Shown here: positions 17,733 to 27,443 of the stretch, piece by piece
Position numbering within the stretch: position 1 is the first letter of the stretch
How the letters are laid out: each line of letters starts with the position of its first letter
NCBI GenBank assembly: GCA_002794465.1
Contig: MTSL01000189.1
Location: forward strand, 1,575 to 33,574
Length of the DNA: 32,000 nt
Origin: Paramicrosporidium saccamoebae KSL3
Lineage: Eukaryota > Fungi > Cryptomycota
Reading direction: 5' to 3'
The notes under the pieces: generated by a model
Told to the model about the DNA's origin: nothing
Seen by the model: only the letters and a program-made list of their open reading frames with translations
The model's database searches: none
Made by a program: the position numbers and the translations under genes

Positions 17733-18207
17733 CTATACATTGCTGGCTTGTGTTATGACACTATCCTGCCGCTTCGGCACTTTCCACAGATGCAACAGCC
17801 AGGCGAACCCGCGGTATTCGGCAAATAAGAGACCAAACGCCAATACAATGCACACACTTCCTGTCAATTGACTAACCAACTGCATTTCTTCACCGGTCCA
17901 CCACATCAACGCTATATATGCGCCGCCCATTAGAAATAGCAAGAGACTCGTCTACGCGTTAGGGTTGAAGGAATGGTACGAAAAGTCGTTCGAGGGGAGT
18001 AATGTGGGGACGCGCAGACCAGCCCAACAAAAGGAGCGTAGCAACAGGCAGTGCAATCTGCAAATTGACCCGCAACAAGGAAGGCTCGCCATGTGCCAGC
18101 CAGAGCATGTACTCCCCAAGTAGGTGTTGGAAGAAATATGTCAATATGGCAAAGCCAACAATTGAGTGGATGAGCACAGCTGGTCGGTTCCAAATGTATC
18201 CTGCCAT
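17733..18207 (-). CDS. Hypothetical multi-pass membrane protein (148 aa), two exons
   Basis: Exon 18207-17980, intron 17979-17952 (GTACCA..CCTAAC..CGTAG, 28 nt), exon 17951-17733. The join is in frame and gives about four hydrophobic helices. Confidence 0.7.
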
Positions 18208-18321
18208 GTCAACAGTAGCATGCTAGCTGCTATTATAAGGCGGCAATCATGTGATACCCATCTTGGGATCCCAAAAAGCCACCACTAATTAAATAACAAG
18301 TTTGCCAGGCCATGGGCCGGG

Positions 18322-19914
18322 ATGGGCTCGATGAAGGATGAAGGGTTCGGGGCCTTTGAAAAGACTACCAAGGGATTTGGGATGAAGATGCTTTTGAAGA
18401 TGGGCTACAAGATGGGCAGTGGGTTGGGAAAAGAGGGCGAAGGGATCATTAACCCAATAGAGGTAAAGCTGCGCGCACGGAATACCGGGCTCGGTTTTGA
18501 CGATAAACGCGACGCAGAGCCGAGGCTTGCAGGTTCGAGAGTGGCAGAGTCTCAAACCAAACGCAAAGTATCTTGGAGGAGGAGGGAGGAATCCTCACCC
18601 AGTGAGGAAGAGTATGATGACACACCAAAGTCGGTACCAACAAAAATATACGATTACACTGGCTCGGCTGTACGTGAACTTTCCTCGCTGGCCGAGATGC
18701 ACTCTATTTCCCAAGTGGAGATTGTGCGTTTTCCAGAACTGCGACATAACATTACATTACTGATTAGTATGGCAATGCGGGAGGTACAGACTGCAAAAGG
18801 TGGCAGACAGAATGAAGAATACACCTCAAATAGACTGGCCGAGGAGCATCTCAGACTTGGTGGCGAGTTATTGCAATTAGAGACAAAGAGGGAAGAATTG
18901 GCCACCCTCAAAAAATTACTGTATAGGGCCACAGAGTTGCCAGGAAAGGACTCTGAGGAATATTTTAGTTGGACTGAAAAAGCCATGTCCTTTATGGATG
19001 ACAATCTTCATTTGACAGAAAACCGTCTATTAGCAAGCGGTGCTATAGTGGGTGCCTTTACCCCCATTTTCCGCAATTTTGAAATCACAGACAGAGAATT
19101 TTTGGAAAAGATGCAACGACTCTTCCGCATGTCCAGTGTGGGAAAGTATTTTAGTCCCGTGGATCAGCTGATAGTGACGCTGGTGATTCCCAAACTTCGC
19201 AGTGCACTTTTGGAAAGTCTTCAGTATTGTGAATCATCGCAGCAAGGTGCTGACTTGCTGACCAAGTGGGTCCCATTGATGGCTGATGCCGTGATGGATC
19301 AGCTATATTCAGTGACACTACTTCCTGCTCTAGAGCGGATTTTAGATGGCTGGGATCCGAGACGGATCGCTCTCCACATTTGGCTACTCCCATGGTTGTC
19401 CTGTCTTGCTCCATATTTTGCCAAGGAAAGAAATTGCGACTCTCGAGATGCATTCTACACTGCCCTTAGGAGGAAGCTTCTTTTGTGTTTGCAACAAGTG
19501 CAAGACCCTCTGAGCCAGGGCGAAATGCTTTCGTATTGGAAGCCGCCGGTGCTGCCGAAACGGGAATTTGACGTTCTGGTTGGTCGCGGCATCCTCCCCC
19601 ATATTGAGGCACGTCTTGAGCACGATCTGATAATTGATCCGACGAATCAGGACATATCGCTTCTTCACCAGGCGATCAGTTGGAACAATATCATCGAATC
19701 TGCCGTATTGGCTCCCTATATAGAGCGGCCGCTGTTTGCCAAGCTCAAACGTGTGCTTTACGACTGGATGACTAGCAGTGGAGCGGATCTTGACGAAATC
19801 ACCCAATGGTATCTCGCATGGAAGTCGCTCTTCCCTGCCGAGCTGTCCGAATCGCTTCAGCCGGGATTTGAAGAATTGTTAGAGATGATGAACACACTTT
19901 TAGATGAACAGTAA
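18322..19914 (+). CDS. TFIP11: Tuftelin-interacting protein 11 / Spp382-Ntr1 (G-patch spliceosome disassembly factor)
   Basis: G-patch FEKTTKGFGMKMLLKMGYKMGSGLGKEGEGIINPI, PELRHNI, and a GCFC-like region (WDP..LHIWLLPWL, IIDPTNQD, EITQWYLAWKSLFP). Confidence 0.92.
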   Translation: MGSMKDEGFGAFEKTTKGFGMKMLLKMGYKMGSGLGKEGEGIINPIEVKLRARNTGLGFDDKRDAEPRLAGSRVAESQTKRKVSWRRREESSPSEEEYDDTPKSVPTKIYDYTGSAVRELSSLAEMHSISQVEIVRFPELRHNITLLISMAMREVQTAKGGRQNEEYTSNRLAEEHLRLGGELLQLETKREELATLKKLLYRATELPGKDSEEYFSWTEKAMSFMDDNLHLTENRLLASGAIVGAFTPIFRNFEITDREFLEKMQRLFRMSSVGKYFSPVDQLIVTLVIPKLRSALLESLQYCESSQQGADLLTKWVPLMADAVMDQLYSVTLLPALERILDGWDPRRIALHIWLLPWLSCLAPYFAKERNCDSRDAFYTALRRKLLLCLQQVQDPLSQGEMLSYWKPPVLPKREFDVLVGRGILPHIEARLEHDLIIDPTNQDISLLHQAISWNNIIESAVLAPYIERPLFAKLKRVLYDWMTSSGADLDEITQWYLAWKSLFPAELSESLQPGFEELLEMMNTLLDEQ

Positions 19915-20046
19915 ACATTGTAGATCGATCGAGTCTATATTTGGATATTAAAGCCATGGACCAATAGAATGGCTACGTGCCCTGGCAGCCAAGTGCCGCA
20001 CCAAACCGCCCGTCTGCCCGCCAGAGTTGAGTTATAGACTGATAGA

Positions 20047-20997
20047 ATGAGAAAGCGGCCCGAGGAAAAACGCACACCATCGCCGCCCATATCACCGCCG
20101 CCCATATCATCGCCGCCAATAGCACCGCCGCTGATCCCAACGCTGCGTCATCGCGAACTGCTGCCGTCGCCACCCTCAGCAGGAAACTCGGCAACGCCAC
20201 GGAAGGCAATACCTGGTTTTGTCAGTAAGCTCTTCCGAATGGTAAACGAGTCAACCAGTCTCATACAGTGGAACCCTACGGGGACTTCGTTTATTGTGCA
20301 AAGTCCAGAAGAGTTTAGTCGCAGTGTCCTCCCCCGTTACTTTAAACACAACAACTTTAGCAGCTTTGTGCGGCAGCTGAACATGTACGGATTCCACAAG
20401 GTGCCTCAAACAGCCATGGAACAGTCCTGGGAATTCACCAACAGTGCCTTTCAGAAGGGCCGGCCGGACCTTCTTGTCAATGTCCGTCGGAAGGCTGGCG
20501 CCAAAGAGGAGGAGACAGTGGTAGGGAATTCCGAGGGCGCCTTGTCTGGCATCCTTCAAGAAGTCGCTGCGCTACGGATGCAACAGAGTGCACTAAGGAG
20601 CGACCTGAGTTCGATCCAGCGGGACAGCCAGCTGCTTTGGTCAGAGACTTTGGCTGCCCGAGAAAGACACCAGCAACAACAGGCCATAATTGACAAGATT
20701 TTGCGTTTCCTCGCCTCTGTATTTTCGCCCGACAAGTCTTTGGGACAGCTGACTCCGCGGAAACGGCCCCTGATGATTGAGGAGCTGTCCGCCGAGGATC
20801 CATTATTCACTGGTGATGGTAATCAGGCGCGCATCTTTGACGCCATGAAGACTGCCGAGGGTATGCAAGGCGATCTTGATTTTCTGGTTGATAATCTTGA
20901 TCCCAAGCTGCTACAAGAAGCACAACCCCCACTTGATATTGACTGGAGCGAGTATTCTCATCTATATGGGGGGACAGAGGATGACTTGAACATGTAA
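20047..20997 (+). CDS. HSF1: Heat shock transcription factor
   Basis: HSF DNA-binding domain (FVSKLFRMV..LPRYFKHNNFSSFVRQLNMYGFHKV) followed by an HR-A/B coiled coil ending QQQAIIDKILRFLASVF. Confidence 0.93.
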   Translation: MRKRPEEKRTPSPPISPPPISSPPIAPPLIPTLRHRELLPSPPSAGNSATPRKAIPGFVSKLFRMVNESTSLIQWNPTGTSFIVQSPEEFSRSVLPRYFKHNNFSSFVRQLNMYGFHKVPQTAMEQSWEFTNSAFQKGRPDLLVNVRRKAGAKEEETVVGNSEGALSGILQEVAALRMQQSALRSDLSSIQRDSQLLWSETLAARERHQQQQAIIDKILRFLASVFSPDKSLGQLTPRKRPLMIEELSAEDPLFTGDGNQARIFDAMKTAEGMQGDLDFLVDNLDPKLLQEAQPPLDIDWSEYSHLYGGTEDDLNM

Positions 20998-21088
20998 TCA
21001 TAATAAACGAGCTGTTGTGTGTCACCAAGTGGATAGGTAGCGAGATCAAATGAATGTAGAAGACTAGATGCAGATGAGTTGGCGAGTA

Positions 21089-21125
21089 CTCATCCGAAAT
21101 CGGCAGGCGCTCATCCGAAATCGGC
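21089..21125. repeat. 16-bp direct repeat CTCATCCGAAATCGGC x2 (period 21)
   Basis: Copies at 21089-21104 and 21110-21125, each containing the dyad CCGA-AA-TCGG. Confidence 0.85.
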
Positions 21126-21232
21126 CGGTCCCATTTTACTACAGACCTCACCTGCGAATGCTTTTAAAGGGTTTATTAATATAACGACTTGCAACCAGAT
21201 TCCGTCTTGGTCATAAACCTCTTTGAAAAGAC

Positions 21233-22789
21233 TTAGATTTCATCTCTGTCATAATGTTCCACCAACGTTCTCATTTCTTGGAGCTTGAATAGTGGCCCTA
21301 GTCCAATAGACCGTATAATTGCCATCACTTCGCTTGCAATCTTTGTGTTTCCCCCTCCCGGCCAATTTTGCATCTTTACTCTAAAGTCATGCCACGATGA
21401 GACGTTTTTGAAAAGGTTCCCGAAAACGAGCTTATTATCATCCAGGATCAGATATGCCCAGGATGCAACAACCATAGACATTGTAGTCACTGAGATTGGA
21501 TCGTACAAGAATCCCTCTTCTACGAGATGCGCGACTCGGTTAATAACCCAATCACCAATATTACTCACAGTTCCTTCTTGCGTTCTGCAGTTGATATTCG
21601 TTGGTAGATACTTTTTTGATAGCTTCTTGAGGAGGTAAACGCTACACTCATCCTCCGTCATGGCAACTTTTGCGCGGGCACGGACCATCTGCATAACTCG
21701 CATATCAAGCCACAATGTCCGCTTATCCCCTAAGCTTCGCATATGGGATGGCAAGTAGATAGGATTGAATCCTCGAACTAAAGACTTCCAGTGCAGTCCC
21801 GGGTGACGCTCACATCTGGCGACTATACGTTGCACGTATAATGGTGGGAGGTATGCATGACCCTTGGAAAGAATACTTTCAAACGCAATCAAAGTCTCTC
21901 GAGACCTATCAAACGCCTCAACGTATAGCGCAAAGCTCGCCAGACAGCTCCAGTAGCTAATGTCTGTCCTGTTAGTAATCCCAAGCAACTTCCACAGAAA
22001 GAGCCAAGCATTCCCCTTTTCATCGCTAGGGTCTAGATCTAGACTCTCGGCAAGCCTCTCTTTGGCATCGACAGCAAGCGGCAAATCTTCCAAGTTGGAA
22101 GAAATTTCTCGACATGCCTGCAGCACCAACAGATTGCGGAGCGTCCACTCATTGATGTTTACGGGCTCGTTCATGTACTTTATAATCAATGCGCTGAATG
22201 TATCCGAGTACGGCTGCGTCGGGTCCAAAAAGACTGCCAGTATCTCAGGTGTCAGGATAGGAAGAAATTTTTTGAAACTAACAAATGGATCTGCTGTCTT
22301 GATAGAATTCTTCAAAAGTATTGTCATGTTGGTCAGATCCTGCATCTTCATAATCTGGTTCTTCATAGTTGTCAACAGAAAACTTTGAACCTCATCGTCC
22401 GTAAAGGCCTCTAAAATCTCAGGATTCTGCAGTGGTTTGTGAATATTCACTTGGTAGGAAACATCCAGGTGGGTTATTTTCTCTGCCAAGGTTGACTCCC
22501 AGGCCAATTTGCACAAGCCGTACACCGTTCCGTGGAGGTCCCTAATATGGGCGTACCGTAGCAATTCAGCTATGCGCTCCGCTGTCTCGTACTCGGAGCA
22601 GTAAAAGTACTCAGCGTTATTCAAAGATGACAACACTGTAGAAACCGTCTTTAAATTCCTCTCCGTAATAGCAAACGTGTGCATCATAACGTCGACTGCC
22701 ATGGGTTGATGTTCTTTTGCCAGACTGTGGACATCAAATGTCACTATCACCGCATTGGCCGTGAGCAGGAACAACAATAGAAAGAACAT
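21233..22789 (-). CDS. Secreted orphan protein, family A (518 aa)
   Basis: Signal MFFLLLFLLTANA. Collinear with 23633-25384 along its whole length (e.g. LRNLLVLQACREI, YWSCLAS, YLPPLYVQR). Confidence 0.88.
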   Translation of the reverse strand: MFFLLLFLLTANAVIVTFDVHSLAKEHQPMAVDVMMHTFAITERNLKTVSTVLSSLNNAEYFYCSEYETAERIAELLRYAHIRDLHGTVYGLCKLAWESTLAEKITHLDVSYQVNIHKPLQNPEILEAFTDDEVQSFLLTTMKNQIMKMQDLTNMTILLKNSIKTADPFVSFKKFLPILTPEILAVFLDPTQPYSDTFSALIIKYMNEPVNINEWTLRNLLVLQACREISSNLEDLPLAVDAKERLAESLDLDPSDEKGNAWLFLWKLLGITNRTDISYWSCLASFALYVEAFDRSRETLIAFESILSKGHAYLPPLYVQRIVARCERHPGLHWKSLVRGFNPIYLPSHMRSLGDKRTLWLDMRVMQMVRARAKVAMTEDECSVYLLKKLSKKYLPTNINCRTQEGTVSNIGDWVINRVAHLVEEGFLYDPISVTTMSMVVASWAYLILDDNKLVFGNLFKNVSSWHDFRVKMQNWPGGGNTKIASEVMAIIRSIGLGPLFKLQEMRTLVEHYDRDEI

Positions 22790-23632
22790 GAAAAATTATT
22801 GCGCCGTCAGGGCTGTCCAGGGCTGAGTAATACAAGAAGATGCCAATGCTGCGACACCTGGGCGACTCTCATTAGTCAATAATGATTCATAACCATAATA
22901 AAGTGGCCTAACCTCGTACGCCCAAGCCAGGCCATTGCGGCATTTAAATTCAAAGGTTTTTACTCTATTTATGTATTAAACGTATAGACCAGAGCCTTCC
23001 ATGTAACCACTACGATATCACCTACGAGTTATCGTATGGCAGACATGACAGATTAATTAACCACACCCTACCACAATCCATTACATATCACCCAGTAGTT
23101 CACAACTACACAATGTATACTGAGCCCAATTAAGCACTCTACACCTTGGTCAATAGAGGTATAGATCCCGACACCAGTGGCGCAGCCGTCCGGCCGCAGA
23201 TCCACGAGGCATGTGAAGTGATATAATGATTGGCTGGTTTTAGTTGACTTGGTATAGTAACTAAATCCCTCCCCCTCAAACGGCGGTGACAAAGGCTGTG
23301 GTAACCTTCCTACTATGTGACAAGACAAAGAACCCATTTTATACTGGACAACCCTTACCAAACATTGAGGTTATAGTATAGGGGCCCTAACCCACGTACA
23401 GGGACCGGGAGCTGTTTTTGTGGGGTTTAATGCCATTTATCGAATGGATTTTCCATCTGATCATGTTATGCATAAAATTGCTATCCCTTCAACGCGTTTT
23501 GTCGGTACCATTTCTTGGAGCAGCAAGGGAAACTTTTATTATCAATTATACCGTATTTATATAGTATTTCTGGTTCCAATCTTGCTAATATGTGGTGATT
23601 AATTCGGCACCTCGCAGATGCACTACATGGTA

Positions 23633-25384
23633 CTAGGAGCTTGTATCCATATCTGATCCACTATCGGAGTAGGCTTTGTATTCATTGTTGCAGCCAGCAT
23701 CCAAGTCGGCTTCGAATTCATTGTTACAGCCACCATCAGAGCAGGCTTGGTATTCACTATTGTCGTCAGTATCCGGATAGGCTTCGTATTCATTGCTACA
23801 GCCACTACCCGAATAGGCTTCAAACTCGTTGTTGTAACCAAGATCCACCATTGCCCTAACCTCTTGGAGTGTGAAAGTTTGCTGCAGTTGAATGGACCGT
23901 AGTCTCTCCATGACAGGAAAAGCAGAAAGTATGCTTCCTTCCGGCCAGTTGGACATTTTCTCTTTAAAATCGTCCCATGACGAGACATTGTCAAAAAGTC
24001 GCCCAAAGTCGAGCTTTTGGCCGCTCCAAATCAGGTAAGCCCAGGACACGACAATGATGATCATCGTAGTCTTTGAAAAGCTTTCGAGCATGTATGAGCC
24101 ATCTATAATGATATTCTCGGCTCTGTTTATAATCCAATCACCCAAATTGATGAAATTTCCCTGACCCGTGGTAAAGGCGAGATTAGTGGGCAGGCATCCC
24201 TGTACCAAATCATCGACTACATACAATTCCCATTCCTCTTCCGCTTCAATAATGCCGCGTGGCGCAGAGAACATCCGCATGACTTGTCCGCCAATCCACA
24301 ATGTCCGCCTCTCCTCTAGGCTGCGCAAATTGACTGGCAGGTACACAGGGTTAAGACTTTGGATCCACGAATTCGAATGCATTCCTGGGATAAGTACATA
24401 TCTGGCGATTACGCGTTGCACGTATAATGGTGGAAGGTATTCAAGACCTTCGGAAAGAATTTTTCTAAGCGCCATATGAGTATTCCGAGACTCGTAAAGC
24501 GCGTCCACATACAGCGTCAAGCTCGCCAGACAACTCCAATAAATAATGTCTGTTCTGCCCGTGATTCCAACCAGCTCTTCCAGGAATTTCAAATAATTAG
24601 TCTCTTCATCGTTGGAGTGTAAAAGCAGGCTCTCTTCGAGGCTCTCTAAGGCGGCAATGGCGAGTTCTAAATGGTCCACATACAAGCAAATCTCCCGACA
24701 TGCCTGCAGCACCAACAAATTGCGAATAATGTACTCGGGACCATTTTCGAATTCAGACATGTAGTCAGTGATCAGTGCTTTTAACGTCTCATAATGCGGC
24801 TGTGGTAGGTCCATAAAGACTTCCAGTATCTCTGGTGTCAATATAGGAAGAAATTCGTTGAAAGCAGCGACCGGGTCGGCTTTTACAAGATATTGTCTCA
24901 AAAGCTTTGCCATGTTGCTTAGATCTTGCATCTCCATAATTTGATCCCTCATAGTCGCCAACAGAAGACTTTGAATCTCCTCGTCTTCATAGAGTTCTAG
25001 ATAAGAAAGGTCTCGCAGTGGCTTATGGACATCGATTTGGTAGTGTCGATTCTCACGCACGATCCTGTCTGCGAGTTTCTTCTCCACAGACAGCTTCCGT
25101 AAGCTATACACCCTTTCGTGCAAGTGTACAAGGTGACTATACTGAAGCAGCGCATCTATACGCTCCTGTGTCTCGTACTCGCCGCAGTAATAATGTTCAA
25201 ATTCAGACGAGGATGACAGCACATTCGCAACAACCTCTAGATTAGGTTCTGTAATATCAAACGTGTGCATGATGATAGCAGCTGCTCTTGGTTGATGATG
25301 CTTCATAATATTGTGGAGACTAAACTCTATCCTCAGGGCATTCGCCGTAAGCGACAACAGCGATAATAGCAGCAAGACGAGCAT
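23633..25384 (-). CDS. Secreted orphan protein, family A, with an acidic repeat tail
   Basis: Signal MLVLLLLSLLSLTANA (ATG 25384; the track starts at a TTG, 25390). Paralog of 21233-22789. Confidence 0.88.
   Translation of the reverse strand: MLVLLLLSLLSLTANALRIEFSLHNIMKHHQPRAAAIIMHTFDITEPNLEVVANVLSSSSEFEHYYCGEYETQERIDALLQYSHLVHLHERVYSLRKLSVEKKLADRIVRENRHYQIDVHKPLRDLSYLELYEDEEIQSLLLATMRDQIMEMQDLSNMAKLLRQYLVKADPVAAFNEFLPILTPEILEVFMDLPQPHYETLKALITDYMSEFENGPEYIIRNLLVLQACREICLYVDHLELAIAALESLEESLLLHSNDEETNYLKFLEELVGITGRTDIIYWSCLASLTLYVDALYESRNTHMALRKILSEGLEYLPPLYVQRVIARYVLIPGMHSNSWIQSLNPVYLPVNLRSLEERRTLWIGGQVMRMFSAPRGIIEAEEEWELYVVDDLVQGCLPTNLAFTTGQGNFINLGDWIINRAENIIIDGSYMLESFSKTTMIIIVVSWAYLIWSGQKLDFGRLFDNVSSWDDFKEKMSNWPEGSILSAFPVMERLRSIQLQQTFTLQEVRAMVDLGYNNEFEAYSGSGCSNEYEAYPDTDDNSEYQACSDGGCNNEFEADLDAGCNNEYKAYSDSGSDMDTSS
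23657..23836 (-). repeat. 36-bp (12-aa) coding repeat x5, consensus CNNEYEAYSDxG
   Basis: YNNEFEAYSGSG / CSNEYEAYPDTD / DNSEYQACSDGG / CNNEFEADLDAG / CNNEYKAYSDSG. Confidence 0.9.
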
Positions 25385-25702
25385 GACCAATACCCCCGGT
25401 CAGTGGCCCTTTTATCCATTCCGGGCAATAATATATTCTCTGGATATCAAAGATTTGCTGGTACAGCAGACGCTATATCTATTGGAAATCCATGTCATCA
25501 AACGATTGGAAATTAATTTCAACCATTTTCCCGGATCCAATGCGCCACGTTCTCGTAGATTATTCAAATTGTATTACAAATTTACATTGCGGATGCCTAG
25601 GATTCTAGCTGAGAAGAAAAGGAAACAGTGAGAAGATGGACTCGGACGCGAGGAGCCTAATGACTGGCCTTAGGCAGGCTCTAAATAAGGCCTTTTGCAC
25701 TC

Positions 25703-27139
25703 TTAGAGCTCTGATTTTGTCGGTTCCTGAAGAGATGCAGTCTCTATTTTGGGCATTTCGGACATTTTGGACATTTCGGACGTTTTGAACGTGTTGGACA
25801 CTTCGTCCGCCCATCTCCCAACTTCAAGATCATTGTGTTGTGTGGGCAACAGCTTGCAGACGGCGTATAGCCAATCTAAAACTGCAAATTTATCGATCCG
25901 ACGACTAGACATGGCTGCTTGATTGACCAGTTCTTGTGAGCAGACAGAGGTCCGAGAGTGTATGCTTACGAGCACGCTCAAATGCGCACCGTAGGCAGCA
26001 TCTAGCAGACCATCTTTGGATGGTCCGTGAGAGTGGTCGTGGGTCCACTCCAGGAGATTGGCATGCCCATGTCTGGCGGCGGCATCAGCAATTACCGGCG
26101 ATGAAGAAAGAGTGAGATCCCTCGATAGCGCCCACTCAATAGCGGTCAAATGCCGTCCCTCAGCAGCCAGAGCCAATGCATAAGTATCCGGCAGCACATT
26201 AAATGTGGAATGCAACCAAGCAATAATATCAATATGGCCATGGGAGGCGGCCAGTGACGTCAAATCTGCCAATGGGCTGTTGTTCTTATCATACAGCCAC
26301 ACCAGGACATTAAGATGACCGTTTTTGCAAATGCTATGGACATTATTCGGCAGAGTTCCAGCTACCCTCTGTAACCACTCTAAAATTGAAAGCTGTCCGC
26401 TTGATGCGGCACAATTTGCCGCCTTTTGGTATAGGAACTCCTCTCGCTGGTTCTCGGATTGATACTCTGATTGAAGCTGCTTGAGATTTCCCTGTTTGGA
26501 CAATATGCAAATCTGGCTCACGCGGCTTGGTTTGACTTTGGCAGTTTCAATGAGCCAGGCCGCTATGTGCCACTGCGATCCTTCTATTCCAGAGTCTAGT
26601 ACGCTCTCTGGTAGGAATTGTATTTGAAAAGTCTCAAAAACCCACGTCAAGACACCCAAATGACCTCGAAGTGCCGCCACTTCGATCGAGTAGATGGTGG
26701 GGACTACACTGAACGTGACAAACAGCCAATGTGCAACGGCTTCGTGACCAGCTTCAACGGCGGTGCCTATCAAAATGTCAGCAGTAGCAAAACTGGCCCT
26801 CCTAGACCGTGCCCATTTCAAAGATTCTAGACTGCCCGTCAAGGCAGCGTGTAATAAGACATCCTCATCAATATAATATCCAGGATTACCACTGGCCAAG
26901 GCCTCTAGTAGTTCTACGCAGTTTCTCTCAGCGAGCCAAATGTCACAGCTGGTCCGGAATCGAACTTTACCAGAAGCCATGGCAACACAGTGTGCAGGAA
27001 TCTTGTCATAGCCACGCCGGAGGACATTTTCCAGAGTCTGTAAATCCTTAATGCCCGAAACTGGCGTATCTAAGGAGATCTTGGCACAGTTGGTCACAGA
27101 TGAAACGATAACGCATAGCCACCCGAGGCTGATCTTCAT
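25703..27139 (-). CDS. Secreted ankyrin-like repeat protein (about 11-12 short AAxxGHLxxLxW repeats)
   Basis: Signal-like MKISLGWLCVIVSSVTNC (ATG 27139). Repeats include AALRGHLGVLTWV, AASSGQLSILEWL, ICKNGHLNVLVWL, AASHGHIDIIAWL and AARHGHANLLEWT. Confidence 0.85.
   Translation of the reverse strand: MKISLGWLCVIVSSVTNCAKISLDTPVSGIKDLQTLENVLRRGYDKIPAHCVAMASGKVRFRTSCDIWLAERNCVELLEALASGNPGYYIDEDVLLHAALTGSLESLKWARSRRASFATADILIGTAVEAGHEAVAHWLFVTFSVVPTIYSIEVAALRGHLGVLTWVFETFQIQFLPESVLDSGIEGSQWHIAAWLIETAKVKPSRVSQICILSKQGNLKQLQSEYQSENQREEFLYQKAANCAASSGQLSILEWLQRVAGTLPNNVHSICKNGHLNVLVWLYDKNNSPLADLTSLAASHGHIDIIAWLHSTFNVLPDTYALALAAEGRHLTAIEWALSRDLTLSSSPVIADAAARHGHANLLEWTHDHSHGPSKDGLLDAAYGAHLSVLVSIHSRTSVCSQELVNQAAMSSRRIDKFAVLDWLYAVCKLLPTQHNDLEVGRWADEVSNTFKTSEMSKMSEMPKIETASLQEPTKSEL
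25752..25805 (-). repeat. 9-bp coding repeat x6 at the ankyrin gene 3' end
   Basis: Plus-strand units GGCATTTCG, GACATTTTG, GACATTTCG, GACGTTTTG, AACGTGTTG, GACACTTCG. Confidence 0.8.
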
Positions 27140-27443
27140 AAGACGCCCTGGCACCTGGTCGATGCGACACTGATTATCAAAATTCTTTATTCTGGGTCCG
27201 CAAATCTGACATGTTTTCTCACAATAGATTTGTTGTTGGGTGAGCTAAATTTTATTAATGTGTGTGGCTTCCTTGTACGTAGCCATTCTTAATACAACCA
27301 AACTGGGCTGTGGGACCGCTATCTGGGTCGGACTCGCCAATAACAAGCGGATGCTGTTTTTAACAAGATCTTTTATTCATCTACTCTTTCGCTCTGTCTC
27401 ACTCGCCTTATCCCACTCACTATACCTCAATCACACACTCATT

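Noticed and set aside
23385-23393. Telomere-like CCCTAACCC
   Set aside because: A single unit, as expected by chance.
22790-23632. ORFs 23068-23361 and 23420-23602 in the largest intergenic gap
   Set aside because: No recognisable motif. The only splice model needs a 46-nt intron, outside the observed range.
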